Assembly (NCBI GenBank): GCA_963662545.2
Contig: CAXXLL010000003.1
Coordinates: 384,001 to 448,000 of the forward strand
Direction of reading: 5' to 3'
From: Gammaproteobacteria bacterium
Lineage (GTDB): Bacteria > Pseudomonadota > Gammaproteobacteria > Ga0077536
Length of the DNA stretch: 64,000 nucleotides
This document shows positions 1-8,947 of this stretch, piece by piece. A program made the translations under genes and the position numbers. Position 1 is the first letter of the stretch; every line of letters begins with the position of its first letter. The notes below the pieces were generated by a model. The model made no database searches and was not told where the DNA came from. It was given only the letters and a program-made list of their open reading frames with translations.

Positions 1-1151
1 AGCAGTTCGATGACGGGCAGATAGGGTGAGGCCTTGCTGTGGGAGACCGAATAAGTTTCGAGGACCAGGCAGCCGGCTTGCGAGGTGAGTTTGAACTCGT
101 AGAACAGCCGCGATTTGCCCAAGCCCGGCTCACCCATCACACCTACGATCTGTCCATGACCCGCTTTCACCTGCTCCAGGGCTTGTTGCATCTGGTCGAG
201 TTCACTGTGCCGACCCACGAACCGCGAGAGTCCCCGTCGCGCAGCGCGCTCGAGCTTGGTCCGTAAGGGCCCGCCGCCAAGGACCTCGAAGACCTTGAGC
301 GGCGCTTCCATCCCTTTGACCTGCGTCTCCCCCAGCGCCTTGAGATCGAAATATCCTTCGGTCAATTTCTGTGTCTGCTCCGTCACCAGGATCGAGCCCG
401 GCGTCGCCATCTCCTGCATCCGCGCCGCGATGTTGGTCGAATGCCCTACCGGCACGTAGTCAGTATGCAGATCGTCTTTGCGAATTGAGCGCACCACGAC
501 TTCACCCGTGTTGATGCCGATCCGCATGAGCAAGGGCGTGCCGCCACTCAGGCGCAGCTTGTCCGAGTAGCGCCGCATCTCGTCTTGCATTCCGAGTGCC
601 GCATACAACGCTCGCTGCGGATGATCTTCACGCGCGATCGGCGCACCGAACAAAGCGAAGATCCCATCACCCAGCGCCTGGGCCACATAGCCGTCATAGC
701 GGTGGACCGCATCAATCATCAGTTGCAGCGCGGGGTCGATGATGGCGCGGGCGTCTTCGGGGTCGAGTCCTTCGATCAGGGCCGTCGAGCCTTTCAGATC
801 TGCGAACAGCGCGGTGATGGTCTTGCGCTCGCCATCGGTTGCGCCCCTTTTTTCCATGGCCGCCTGTTCGGCCAGGATGCGCTCGGCGAGATGGTGGGGC
901 GTGTAGCTGGCGGGGGATTGAGACGCGGGTGAAACTGATTCAGTTGCGCAGCTGCGTTCTGTCTGGCCATTCCAGACTAGACCACGGCCGTCACTTTCCT
1001 CAATCTCCGGATGGGAGAACAGGAGTTCTTCTTTAAGTACGTCGAGCTGATCATCGTCCAGATCGAACTCCATTTTGAGCGCACGATACGACATTCGCCC
1101 TTTGCGTTGTAGTAAGGCGCCGGCTTGATCGATAACTTCCGAAAACTTCAC
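1..1151 (-). CDS. Class III adenylate/guanylate cyclase with AAA-ATPase-type extension (3' end runs off window)
   Basis: Absent from ORF track. Manual translation from GTG 1151: MKFSEVIDQAGALLQRKGRMSYRALKMEFDLDD...GERKTITALFADLKGST...GYVAQALGDG...EDHPQRA; open to window edge. Confidence 0.88.
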   Translation of the reverse strand, partial: MKFSEVIDQAGALLQRKGRMSYRALKMEFDLDDDQLDVLKEELLFSHPEIEESDGRGLVWNGQTERSCATESVSPASQSPASYTPHHLAERILAEQAAMEKRGATDGERKTITALFADLKGSTALIEGLDPEDARAIIDPALQLMIDAVHRYDGYVAQALGDGIFALFGAPIAREDHPQRALYAALGMQDEMRRYSDKLRLSGGTPLLMRIGINTGEVVVRSIRKDDLHTDYVPVGHSTNIAARMQEMATPGSILVTEQTQKLTEGYFDLKALGETQVKGMEAPLKVFEVLGGGPLRTKLERAARRGLSRFVGRHSELDQMQQALEQVKAGHGQIVGVMGEPGLGKSRLFYEFKLTSQAGCLVLETYSVSHSKASPYLPVIEL

Positions 1152-1298
1152 GGTTGAAGGTCCCTCTCACGCGCTCAGGAGATAAGAGCAGGAAGCGCGC
1201 TTCAGGGGAACCATACAGCGCGCTGAGCCGGGCCACCACTTTTGGACCTCGGCCGAATCATTTCGCGGTAACCGACGGGCCGTATTGCGAGAGCTGGA

Positions 1299-1432
1299 TG
1301 TCCGGAGTTGGCCGAAAGCCGTCACGGTGAAGCGTGGGATTCGCGTCGCCGATGATGGCTGCTTTCGGGGTAAGCGGACGTGGGGTTAATCGACGGCTTC
1401 TCATTCCTCTTCCCCACCCTCCGGTCGAAGCG
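1299..1432. repeat. Dispersed ~130-bp imperfect hairpin repeat, copy 1
   Basis: Aligns with 4626-4754; arms GTCCG..TTGGCCGAAAGCCGTCA / TGATGGCTGCTTTCGGGGTAAGCGGAC. Confidence 0.75.
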
Positions 1433-1453
1433 ATTCGTGCCGAACGGTAAGTT

Positions 1454-2077
1454 TCAAGGGTTATAGAGCCTACGCAGATGTTTCTTTTGTGCCTGGCGTA
1501 GCAATGTCGCTTTCCTTGTGTGGGTGCGGTCGGATTTACAGAACTCGAGGACGCGGAACTCAAAGCTATCGGCACCGTATTTCTGCAAATCGAGCAACAA
1601 TCGCTTCGGCAGTGAGCTTTTTGTTTGGGCTTTGAGATTAGATGACCAGCTACCCTTTGCGCTCAGCAGGTTTGTGCTGCTCCCGATGTAGTATCGCCTG
1701 GTTGGTTTACATCGGATGGCATAGACGCCCGCTCGACTCTCGGGCGGTTGGTCGTGTTTGTCGGCACGAGGCAGTGCCGTAATGCGCGGCGGACTGGTGA
1801 TTGCATCCTGTTCGGAATAGCCGCGGGCGATACGGTAATAGAACGTCGCGTGGTCGCGGTTGTAGTGTCGCAGCCATTCTGCTAACGAACGGGTATCACC
1901 ATCGATGGTGATGAGCCGGGTAGTGTTCTTGGTCGGTCGGGCAACCGCTTCGGCAAGCTTTGCGCCTTTTCTCAGACGATTATGGTTGGTGTTGGGGTGT
2001 AGCCCGTTATCAGCCGCCCATTGCTGTAGAGGTTTGGTAACACCGTGTACTGTGATGAGGGTTGGAGGTCGGCCCAT
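1454..2077 (-). CDS. GIY-YIG endonuclease with two N-terminal repeated domains
   Basis: GVYAIRCKPTRRYYIGSS motif and later FEFRVLE; N-terminal repeats LITVHGVTKPLQQW / LITIDGDTRSLAEW. Confidence 0.75.
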   Translation of the reverse strand: MGRPPTLITVHGVTKPLQQWAADNGLHPNTNHNRLRKGAKLAEAVARPTKNTTRLITIDGDTRSLAEWLRHYNRDHATFYYRIARGYSEQDAITSPPRITALPRADKHDQPPESRAGVYAIRCKPTRRYYIGSSTNLLSAKGSWSSNLKAQTKSSLPKRLLLDLQKYGADSFEFRVLEFCKSDRTHTRKATLLRQAQKKHLRRLYNP

Positions 2078-2235
2078 AGTGGGTGTTCCAAATTTTGCGT
2101 TGTCTTTTTTCGGTACGATACACGTAGCGGTTCCGACGAAGTCCCAGCCGAAACCTAATTAGCGGATTTTAGCGATATCCTGATTCATTGAAGTCGCGTT
2201 TGCCAAGCAACAAACCAGCCGGAGCACGAAAATTC

Positions 2236-2925
2236 ATGTCTAGCATCAAGTTCGACGGCGTCCGGGCCTGCGTATTCGATGCCTACGGCACGCTATTCGA
2301 CGTACACTCGGCAGTGGCGCGGTATCGCGCGCGCCTGGGCGACGCGGCGGATCGGGTCTCCGCTACCTGGCGAACCAAACAGCTGGAATACACCTGGCTT
2401 CGTAGCCTGATGGATCGCTACGTCGACTTCTGGCAAGTGACGTCTGACGGTCTTGCGTTTGCCCTCGAGGCTAACGGCATCGACGACGAGGCGTTACACG
2501 AGGATTTGATGAATGCTTGCTTGTCGCTCGACTGTTATCCTGAGGTACCGGAGGTTCTCAAGACCTTGAAGACCGCCGGAATGCAGACGGCGATACTCTC
2601 CAATGGATCGCCCAAAATGTTGGATGCCGCCATAGAGAGCTCGAAACTCGGAGAGTTTCTGGACGCCTGCTATTCGGTCGACGAACTCAGGATCTACAAG
2701 CCGCATGCTTCGGTGTACCAGCTCGCGGTCGACCGCCTCGGGGTGGCGCCGCGCGAGATCAGTTTCCAGTCGTCCAATGCTTGGGATGCAGCGGCGGCCG
2801 CGACCTTTGGCTTCCGCGTTGCCTGGTGTAACCGATTCGGGCAGGCCCCGGAACGATTGCCGGATGGCCCGGACGTCGAGATCAAAACGCTCAGCGAGCT
2901 TCCCGCCATCGTCTTACCTGGGTGA
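2236..2925 (+). CDS. Haloacid dehalogenase type II (HAD superfamily)
   Basis: FDAYGTLFD, WRTKQLEYTW, ILSNG, YKP, SSNAWD motifs. Confidence 0.93.
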   Translation: MSSIKFDGVRACVFDAYGTLFDVHSAVARYRARLGDAADRVSATWRTKQLEYTWLRSLMDRYVDFWQVTSDGLAFALEANGIDDEALHEDLMNACLSLDCYPEVPEVLKTLKTAGMQTAILSNGSPKMLDAAIESSKLGEFLDACYSVDELRIYKPHASVYQLAVDRLGVAPREISFQSSNAWDAAAAATFGFRVAWCNRFGQAPERLPDGPDVEIKTLSELPAIVLPG

Positions 2926-2974
2926 TTCCGGACGCTTGGTTGTGACTGTGAAATAACAGTGAAACAGACCCTCG

Positions 2975-3140
2975 ATCGTCCACCGCTGCAACCATTCACG
3001 GCGAGCGCCGATTCGAGCGTCCTGACGAGTTCGATATTGGACGCGATCCGCACCTGCATCTGACCTGCGACTACGGTATCCATTTCTGTGTCGGTGCGCC
3101 GCTTGCGCGGCTCGAAGGCGATGTCGCGATCGGCGCCTCT
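2975..3140 (+). pseudogene. Cytochrome P450 C-terminal remnant
   Basis: + frame reads [42 protein letters not shown] (heme-Cys region); no start or N-terminus. Confidence 0.8.
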
Positions 3141-3180
3141 CGCGCAAATCCAGTAGCCGAGAACTATTCCGTACAAGTTG

Positions 3181-3227
3181 CCTATTCCTACGCAGGCGCG
3201 TAGATAGTCTCTGTAGCATGCATTCAT
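3181..3227. repeat. ~47-bp dispersed repeat, copy 1 (copy 2 at 11454-11501)
   Basis: Shared core CCTACGCAGGCGCGTAGATAG..T.TGTAGC...CATTCAT. Confidence 0.7.
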
Positions 3228-3285
3228 GGCCGGCCTCCTTTCGGGGCAAAGCTGCTCTGCGCTGGCTGGCGGAAGATACGGCGCC

Positions 3286-3318
3286 CTACATAGCACCCTT
3301 CGGGGCGCTTTCTTTTGT
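3286..3318 (+). terminator. Repeated intrinsic-terminator-like hairpin, copy 1
   Basis: GCACCCTTCGGGGCGC + TTTCTTTT; near-identical at 6016 and 7254. Confidence 0.7.
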
Positions 3319-3346
3319 CTGCAGATTCAATTACAACGATCAATCC

Positions 3347-3733
3347 ATGGCCGACAATCCCCTCTCCCCCTACCTGATATACCGCCCGCAGCTGACCTCG
3401 GTCCTATCGTTCACGCATCGCGCGACTGGTGTATTCCTGAGCCTCGGCACGGTGATCCTGCTGTACTGGCTGGTTGCAGCGGCGCTCGGTGCCAATGCCT
3501 ACACCGAGGCGCAGCGCTACATAGCATCCGTACCGTCGCAAATCGTGCTAGCCGCCTGGACGTTCTCCTTCTATTTCCACCTATTGAATGGCGTGCGGCA
3601 TCTGTTTTGGGACCTGGGCTTGGGATTCGAACTCGACACCGCCTACAAGACGGGTTACGCGGTGCTCGTGCTGACGGTCGTCATGACCGGGCTGACCTGG
3701 GCCTGCGTACTGGCCCAGGCTGGGGTGTTATGA
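3347..3733 (+). CDS. sdhC: Succinate dehydrogenase cytochrome b556 subunit, second (orphan) copy
   Basis: Close paralog of 57861-58250; YRPQLTSVLSFTHRATG, FHLLNGVRHLFWD. Confidence 0.9.
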   Translation: MADNPLSPYLIYRPQLTSVLSFTHRATGVFLSLGTVILLYWLVAAALGANAYTEAQRYIASVPSQIVLAAWTFSFYFHLLNGVRHLFWDLGLGFELDTAYKTGYAVLVLTVVMTGLTWACVLAQAGVL

Positions 3734-3757
3734 ATCTGCGCTGCGACTTGAGCCGCG
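3730..3757 (+). pseudogene. sdhD: sdhD 5' stub (9 codons)
   Basis: MNLRCDLSR matches MNMRSDLSR at 58247, then similarity ends abruptly. Confidence 0.8.
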
Positions 3758-4125
3758 CGATTTCCGAAACGCTTTCAAAGTTGCTGAACTATCCATCCGC
3801 TTCCAACGCAAAGGTGGAGAGTTACTAAAAGCTAATGGGTTTGGTGAGTGGGGCGGTGATCGAAAATCAAAGGTCAACGTGACCCTTGATCAATTAGGGA
3901 TTCCCCCTAACGACTCAAAACGTTACCAACAACTGAACCGGGTACCTGAGCCCGTAGGCAGAATTTCAAGTCTGCAGACAGCAATCGACGGTTATCAATA
4001 ATTGAATTACCTGAATCGGCGGGTTAACTTCTTGAGATGGCGGACAATATACCAAGCAACCTGGAATATCGTTATACGGATCCATGGGCCCGTTTAATAT
4101 TCTGTTAGGTGTAAGGAGAAACCAA

Positions 4126-4464
4126 TTGAACTGGGGTGCAATTAGCGGTATTGCCGTTGCGGTAAGCGCTATCGGCGTCATCGCGTCGCTAATTTACATC
4201 GCCATCTAAATCAAGAAAAACACCGTAGAAATCAGAAGGTCGAACGCTAGGTCAACCGCGCACGATCATGCTTTAGCAATACACGCCATATTTCAGGATC
4301 CCGATGTTTCGGAAATCATCTTACGCGGACTAGACAATCTGGGGGATTTAAACCCTACAGAACGATATCGATTTGATCTCGCGACACTAGTATGGCTCCA
4401 AGCGATAGAACAGGCATTCGCAGATATTCGTCAACGCAATTATCCCGACGATCTGGAGGATACC
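4126..4464 (+). pseudogene. Membrane-anchored hypothetical protein, internal stop, truncated by MITE
   Basis: AAGGAG RBS, TTG start; MNWGAISGIAVAVSAIGVIASLIYIAI*IKKNT...; TAA at 4207-4209 where Gln is expected; frame continues to the MITE. Confidence 0.7.
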
Positions 4465-4625
4465 TGTTGATTTGTACTCGAAATTGATCCATTTAAGTTA
4501 GGGTTTTGCGTTTCGCCGTGACCCGCCATGTCGGCGTTAACACGATGATTGGGTTCTCGAATCGACCTACTACCTTGGTCATTGCTCAGTGCAAAAGGTG
4601 GGTCAATCTGGTGTGCAAATCAACA
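4465..4625. mobile_element. IS21-family-type MITE / internally deleted IS (161 bp)
   Basis: Terminal IRs TGTTGATTTGTACTCGAAATTGATCCA / TGTTGATTTGCACACCAGATTGACCCA; TG...CA ends; no ORF; no TSD. Confidence 0.8.
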
Positions 4626-4754
4626 CGCTATTGGCCGAAAGCCGCCATGGTCAGGTGAGGGATTCGCATTGCCGGTGATGGCTGCTTTCGGGTTAAGCGG
4701 ACGTGGGCTTGATCGGCGCTTCTTATTCCTCTTTCTCACCCTCCGGCCAAAGCG
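4626..4754. repeat. Dispersed ~130-bp imperfect hairpin repeat, copy 2 (left end clipped by MITE)
   Basis: Aligns with 1299-1432. Confidence 0.75.
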
Positions 4755-4926
4755 CCTTACCCAAAATGGCCATCGTCACAGCGTTTCCAATGAGAACAGA
4801 CATGAACATCGTTGTCGATTCTATCGGTGCTGCTTCAGCCCCTCTCGCGCATATCCAATAACCGAGGACAAGGCCGTATAGATTGCCGATACCAACACAG
4901 GCACTTAGATAGGATTTATAGCGTTT

Positions 4927-5556
4927 TCAATCGTCTTTCTTGAGATATGTACTGAATAACTGCTCGAACTCGTCCTCACCGATTTCATGATCTTCAACCG
5001 TGAGAGTGAGATGGCGTTCTACAGAACTACGCACCAAGTCATTTACCTTCGAGACGATGTCGATAGAGACTGATGCGAATCTGAAGTCAGTTACGGCAAG
5101 CCCTGTAACTCCCTCATCAGTATCAATCGGTAGCGGCACGACGAGGGGCAGCAGGTTTGCATCAAGCAACAATTGGAAGCCCCGGTAAACACTGCCTTTA
5201 AAAACGATGGCACTTTCGTCATTTCTGTCGGCGATTCCACGTAGTAAATCACGCCGCGTGCTGCTTAGATCGACCAGGATATGGCAATGATCTGCGCCGA
5301 GAAAGGTCAAGCTATCCCAATCGTTGCCTTGTAGGTCGCAAACGACCCCGACAATTCCTATGTCCCAGCACGGCGCGACACGCGCCGGCAGGATATCCTT
5401 CAGTACCCCCCGATCCTTGAATACTAGTTTCCCTTTTTCCATTACGAGGTTACCCAGCAGCAATGCGTCATCCTTGCTCCGCATGACGAGTAATTCCCCC
5501 AAGCCGCGGAGAAACAGATTGCGGTAGAGATTTTTCGGCGGGGACTTATTCATCAT
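4927..5556 (-). CDS. Hypothetical protein
   Basis: 209-aa ORF, globular composition, GGAG upstream. Confidence 0.75.
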   Translation of the reverse strand: MMNKSPPKNLYRNLFLRGLGELLVMRSKDDALLLGNLVMEKGKLVFKDRGVLKDILPARVAPCWDIGIVGVVCDLQGNDWDSLTFLGADHCHILVDLSSTRRDLLRGIADRNDESAIVFKGSVYRGFQLLLDANLLPLVVPLPIDTDEGVTGLAVTDFRFASVSIDIVSKVNDLVRSSVERHLTLTVEDHEIGEDEFEQLFSTYLKKDD

Positions 5557-6015
5557 CGGGACTCCGTCGAACCTTAATCTGACCTGTCCTCGGTCGCGTC
5601 GTTACGAGTATTTTCGATGTCGTTGGCCTCGGGCGGGATCTCGGATGAAAAGTCATGCTGGATCATCCGATGATCTCTACCAGAAACGAGCAGTGGAGCG
5701 TAACCCGGCGCATAAAAATGTACCGCGTTCAGATTAGTTTTTGGGTGGCTGGCTACCGTGAAACACAGACCGAAACGCCTTGTTGAGCCGTCGCCAGCGA
5801 GACATTCCCCGCGGCCCGAGAGGAATCCCTACCCTGTCTTAATTAGGCCGATACGCACCCCGAAAATGGGGCTTTCTGGCGATGCACAAGACGTTTACGA
5901 AATGCCGGAACTCCATGGCAATGCTAAGGGGAACTAGGTTGATTAACGACGAGAGCTAGAGCGGTGAAGCGAATGGACAGGCCGTGGCGTCAGGAAGAGC
6001 GCCACATTTCATACG

Positions 6016-6062
6016 GCGCCCTTCGGGGCGCTTTCTTTTGCGGCCTTTGAGGGTGGGCGAAT
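6016..6062 (+). terminator. Repeated terminator-like hairpin, copy 2
   Basis: GGCGCCCTTCGGGGCGCTTTCTTTTGCGGCCTTTGAGGGTGGGC. Confidence 0.7.
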
Positions 6063-6110
6063 GCTGCCAGTCCAGGCTAACCCGTCGATATGCATTGTCG
6101 CGTTCAGTAG

Positions 6111-6126
6111 TGCGAATTAGTTCACA
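6111..6126. promoter_or_regulatory. CRP-family box
   Basis: TGCGA-attagt-TCACA (9/10 to TGTGA-N6-TCACA), upstream of ATG 6207. Confidence 0.55.
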
Positions 6127-6206
6127 GTTTTTAACAATTCAGGTACCCCTGCATAGTGCTCTTGGCGAAACTCTAATCGATGAATGCCGTTCATTGGAGG
6201 TCGCAG

Positions 6207-6583
6207 ATGAGCGAAGATAAAACGACTCCCCGCACCCTCTGGACTCAGACGCTTTTAGACATATTGGAATCGGCGATAAAGCAAAAGAAGGATAAAGAAA
6301 CTCTGGGTGTCTTAAAGGAATTCAGAGCCAAAGGATATGGCAAAGCGCAGATACTCAACTACGCCAATAAGCAAAACGACTCCCCGCACCCTCTGGACTC
6401 AGATGGCAAAAGAAGGATAAAGAAACTCCAGCCAATAAGCATATGGCCCCAGAATTCAGAGCCAAAGGATATGGCAAAGCGCAGATACTCAACTACGCCA
6501 ATAAGCATATGGCCCCAGAAGATGCTAAGCATTTGAAGCGAATGATTGACTCGTTGGGCAACTCAGGGCGGAAAGTGAGTTAA
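6207..6583 (+). pseudogene. 80-aa hypothetical protein frameshifted by a 134-bp self-templated insertion
   Basis: GGAGG RBS; deleting 6374-6507 gives MSEDKTTPRTLW...LNYANKHMAPEDAKHLKRMIDSLGNSGRKVS*. Confidence 0.75.
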
Positions 6584-6701
6584 TTCGCACCTGATATAGA
6601 AATAGATCTGAACATCTCCGAGCGTCGTAAACGGCGACCATTCAACGCCCTGCAGGCGCCTTCTTTTTGCTTTACCAGCGGCGGACTGAAATAGGCGGAT
6701 T

Positions 6702-6857
6702 CTAGGGAATGTAGGCGAAGTACAACATTGGAAACAGCAAAACGGCAACGATATAGACCATCCCCTCGAATCCGCGTCCCTCGAGCCTTCCGATGTAATG
6801 CGCGACGATTACGATGATTGCAACTGCGTAGTAAAGAGCTATGAGAATGTTTTCCAT
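6702..6857 (-). CDS. Small two-TM membrane protein (51 aa)
   Basis: Below ORF-track cutoff; MENILIALYYAVAIIVIVAHYIGRLEGRGFEGMVYIVAVLLFPMLYFAYIP. Confidence 0.6.
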   Translation of the reverse strand: MENILIALYYAVAIIVIVAHYIGRLEGRGFEGMVYIVAVLLFPMLYFAYIP

Positions 6858-6875
6858 GAGGAGATAACGGGCCAA

Positions 6876-7046
6876 TCACGCTGGGACGAGCTCGGTCGTT
6901 TCAGCGAAACGCTTGTCGTATTCAACGACGTGTATGTCGTATTCGGTTCTGGGTAGCTTTTCGACACCGGGGCAAACGACTTTGTGGGTGTTGTTGTACG
7001 CTAAACGAACTGGAGGGGGAGCCCAGTTGAATTCTCTGTGTTTCAT
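6876..7046 (-). CDS. Small hypothetical protein (56 aa)
   Basis: GGGAG RBS; MKHREFNWAPPPVRLAYNNTHKVVCPGVEKLPRTEYDIHVVEYDKRFAETTELVPA. Confidence 0.5.
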   Translation of the reverse strand: MKHREFNWAPPPVRLAYNNTHKVVCPGVEKLPRTEYDIHVVEYDKRFAETTELVPA

Positions 7047-7246
7047 GTTTCATCTCCCGCTAAAAGGGACGAATTAGCATCGGTAACGGCAATGAGGGGT
7101 TCGCCCTTTAATTAGGTGGCAGTGCGGGAAGGTGGGACATGCCGAATATCAAAGGCCATCTTATTTTGCCCCGCCTGAATCGCCCATAAGGCCATGAAAC
7201 GGCCTTCGTAGCCGACCATACGAGCTATGGCGCCAAGGACAGCACT

Positions 7247-7300
7247 CTACATAGCGCCCTTCGGGGCGCTTTCTTTTGCGGCCTTTGAGGGTGGGCCAAT
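7247..7300 (+). terminator. Repeated terminator-like hairpin, copy 3
   Basis: CTACATAGCGCCCTTCGGGGCGCTTTCTTTTGCGGCCTTTGAGGGTGGGC. Confidence 0.7.
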
Positions 7301-7310
7301 TGACCTATGC

Positions 7311-7778
7311 TTATGCGACTTCTGCGTCAGTTCCCTCATGCATGAGTTGGTCGGCGAAGAACGCATTAAGAACGCGCTCGGATTGCACGCTGAGCTGGAC
7401 AAAGCGCATACCCGCAACGCACCGGGGTTCTGTATCAACCGTCCTTAAGTAGAGCATCTGGCATCGTACCGTCAATGTTTTACTGCCGTTTCCCACGGGC
7501 AATGAGATGGTCGCCGTTACGCCGGGTGTATTGAGCGGATCGATCTTGTGTCCCTGGGGGCAAAATAGTCGTGCACTTTCTACCGCGCATCGCATCTGCA
7601 GCCCATCCGGCGAAATATTGATAACCGCGGCCGTAAATTTACTGCCCGTGTCGGTTACAAAACCCGCTTTGATATTCAGCGGAACCCTGGGGTAATGTCG
7701 TTGTTCGTCAAGGTTGTCTACCACCTGCCATAGCAGGCTCCGTTTGCTGGTCGCCACATCGACATTTGGACTGTTCAT
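7311..7778 (-). CDS. PilZ-domain (c-di-GMP-binding) protein
   Basis: QRHYPR (RxxxR) and NISPDG (D/NxSxxG); GMRF strand. Confidence 0.88.
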   Translation of the reverse strand: MNSPNVDVATSKRSLLWQVVDNLDEQRHYPRVPLNIKAGFVTDTGSKFTAAVINISPDGLQMRCAVESARLFCPQGHKIDPLNTPGVTATISLPVGNGSKTLTVRCQMLYLRTVDTEPRCVAGMRFVQLSVQSERVLNAFFADQLMHEGTDAEVA

Positions 7779-7808
7779 TGGCTTCTCTTCGCGGACAAAT
7801 AATCTGTG

Positions 7809-8057
7809 TCAGCGTGAATCATACAAATCAGTTTCCAAGATATTTCGCTCGTGGAGCAGCTCTAGTAATTCATCGTGTGCGCGGGACCAATCAACGAACG
7901 ATGTTCCGTCGGTGACTGTACATGCGGTGAGAATTTTCTCTGCCTCGCTTTCCATCCCCGCTTTCCGCGCAAATATGAGCAATGAGGTGACGTGGGCTCT
8001 TTCGAGATAACCATGCTGTGGTTGTTCCATTGCGGTGTCCTCCGATCTTGTCGACAA
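7809..8057 (-). CDS. Hypothetical protein
   Basis: Co-oriented with PilZ gene; likely start MEQPQHG after GGAGG. Confidence 0.6.
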   Translation of the reverse strand: MSTRSEDTAMEQPQHGYLERAHVTSLLIFARKAGMESEAEKILTACTVTDGTSFVDWSRAHDELLELLHERNILETDLYDSR

Positions 8058-8126
8058 GTTCCGACATTTAATCTGGAGGGTCTATCGCCCGGGCGACGAT
8101 TTCACTTAACAACCTGCAACACTGAT

Positions 8127-8174
8127 TGTGGAATGGCGCACACTGACGGTGGCCGGTTTGTGACGGCCGTCACA
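8127..8174. promoter_or_regulatory. Two CRP-family boxes
   Basis: TGTGA-cggccg-TCACA (perfect, 8159-8174) and TGTGG-aatggc-GCACA (8127-8142), intergenic. Confidence 0.65.
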
Positions 8175-8230
8175 GCCCGCATCCAAGCTCCATTGGCGCG
8201 CCGCTTTCTGATGACCCTTCCCAGCGCCTT

Positions 8231-8542
8231 TCAGGAAAGCGTTATATATCCCCGATGAAGAGCATGTTCGAGGGCTTCGAAACCGGCCACGGCTTCTTCA
8301 TACGTCTGGCGTAATTGCTTAATTTCCATGGCGTGATCACTATCTATTCCATCTGTTTCGGTACACGCGCCCAGCTTCAGGACACCTTTTAGATATCGTG
8401 CGCGCAAATCGGACACGGACTCCGCGACCTTGAAGACGTCGGCCTTGCTGACAGCGCCGGTAATTTCACCAATACGCTCCCGATTCAGCACCGTGATGGC
8501 GTGATCGAGTTCATTGGATAAACGACGTGATTCGTTTGACAT
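8231..8542 (-). CDS. Hypothetical helical protein
   Basis: GGAGG RBS; 103 aa ending ALEHALHRGYI. Confidence 0.7.
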   Translation of the reverse strand: MSNESRRLSNELDHAITVLNRERIGEITGAVSKADVFKVAESVSDLRARYLKGVLKLGACTETDGIDSDHAMEIKQLRQTYEEAVAGFEALEHALHRGYITLS

Positions 8543-8947
8543 ACCGCTGCGTCCTCCCCCACCCAGCGGTGTTGATGACAGCCGGACTCAATATCGTCTA
8601 AATCACGAGCCTTAAGCAGTGCGGCAGCTCCGCTCCATCAGTCACCGGGGTGGCATTTCCATATGTCAGGGTATCGGGTCCTATGCCGTTTACTTGAGTC
8701 GTGCCGAGGCAATAAGGCCGAAGACAGCCTTTACAGATCAGCTCGCCAAATGCTCGCGATTTCCCAAAATGTGAACTTCGTCATTAAGGCTGATGATTTC
8801 TTGCCGAATACGCTTACGACGGACGACTTTTAAGTTTCGGCCCAAGCGAGGCCGGAGGAAATGCCATGCTGACAAATCTCGCGTTCAAGCAAGCCCTGGT
8901 CGATACCGGGCCCGCACCCGTTTCGGATCAAGTGCCCTCGTTTCTCA

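Noticed and set aside
6220-6520. Short repeated segments as a CRISPR array
   Set aside because: No constant repeat with unique spacers; pieces are copies of one gene; no cas genes
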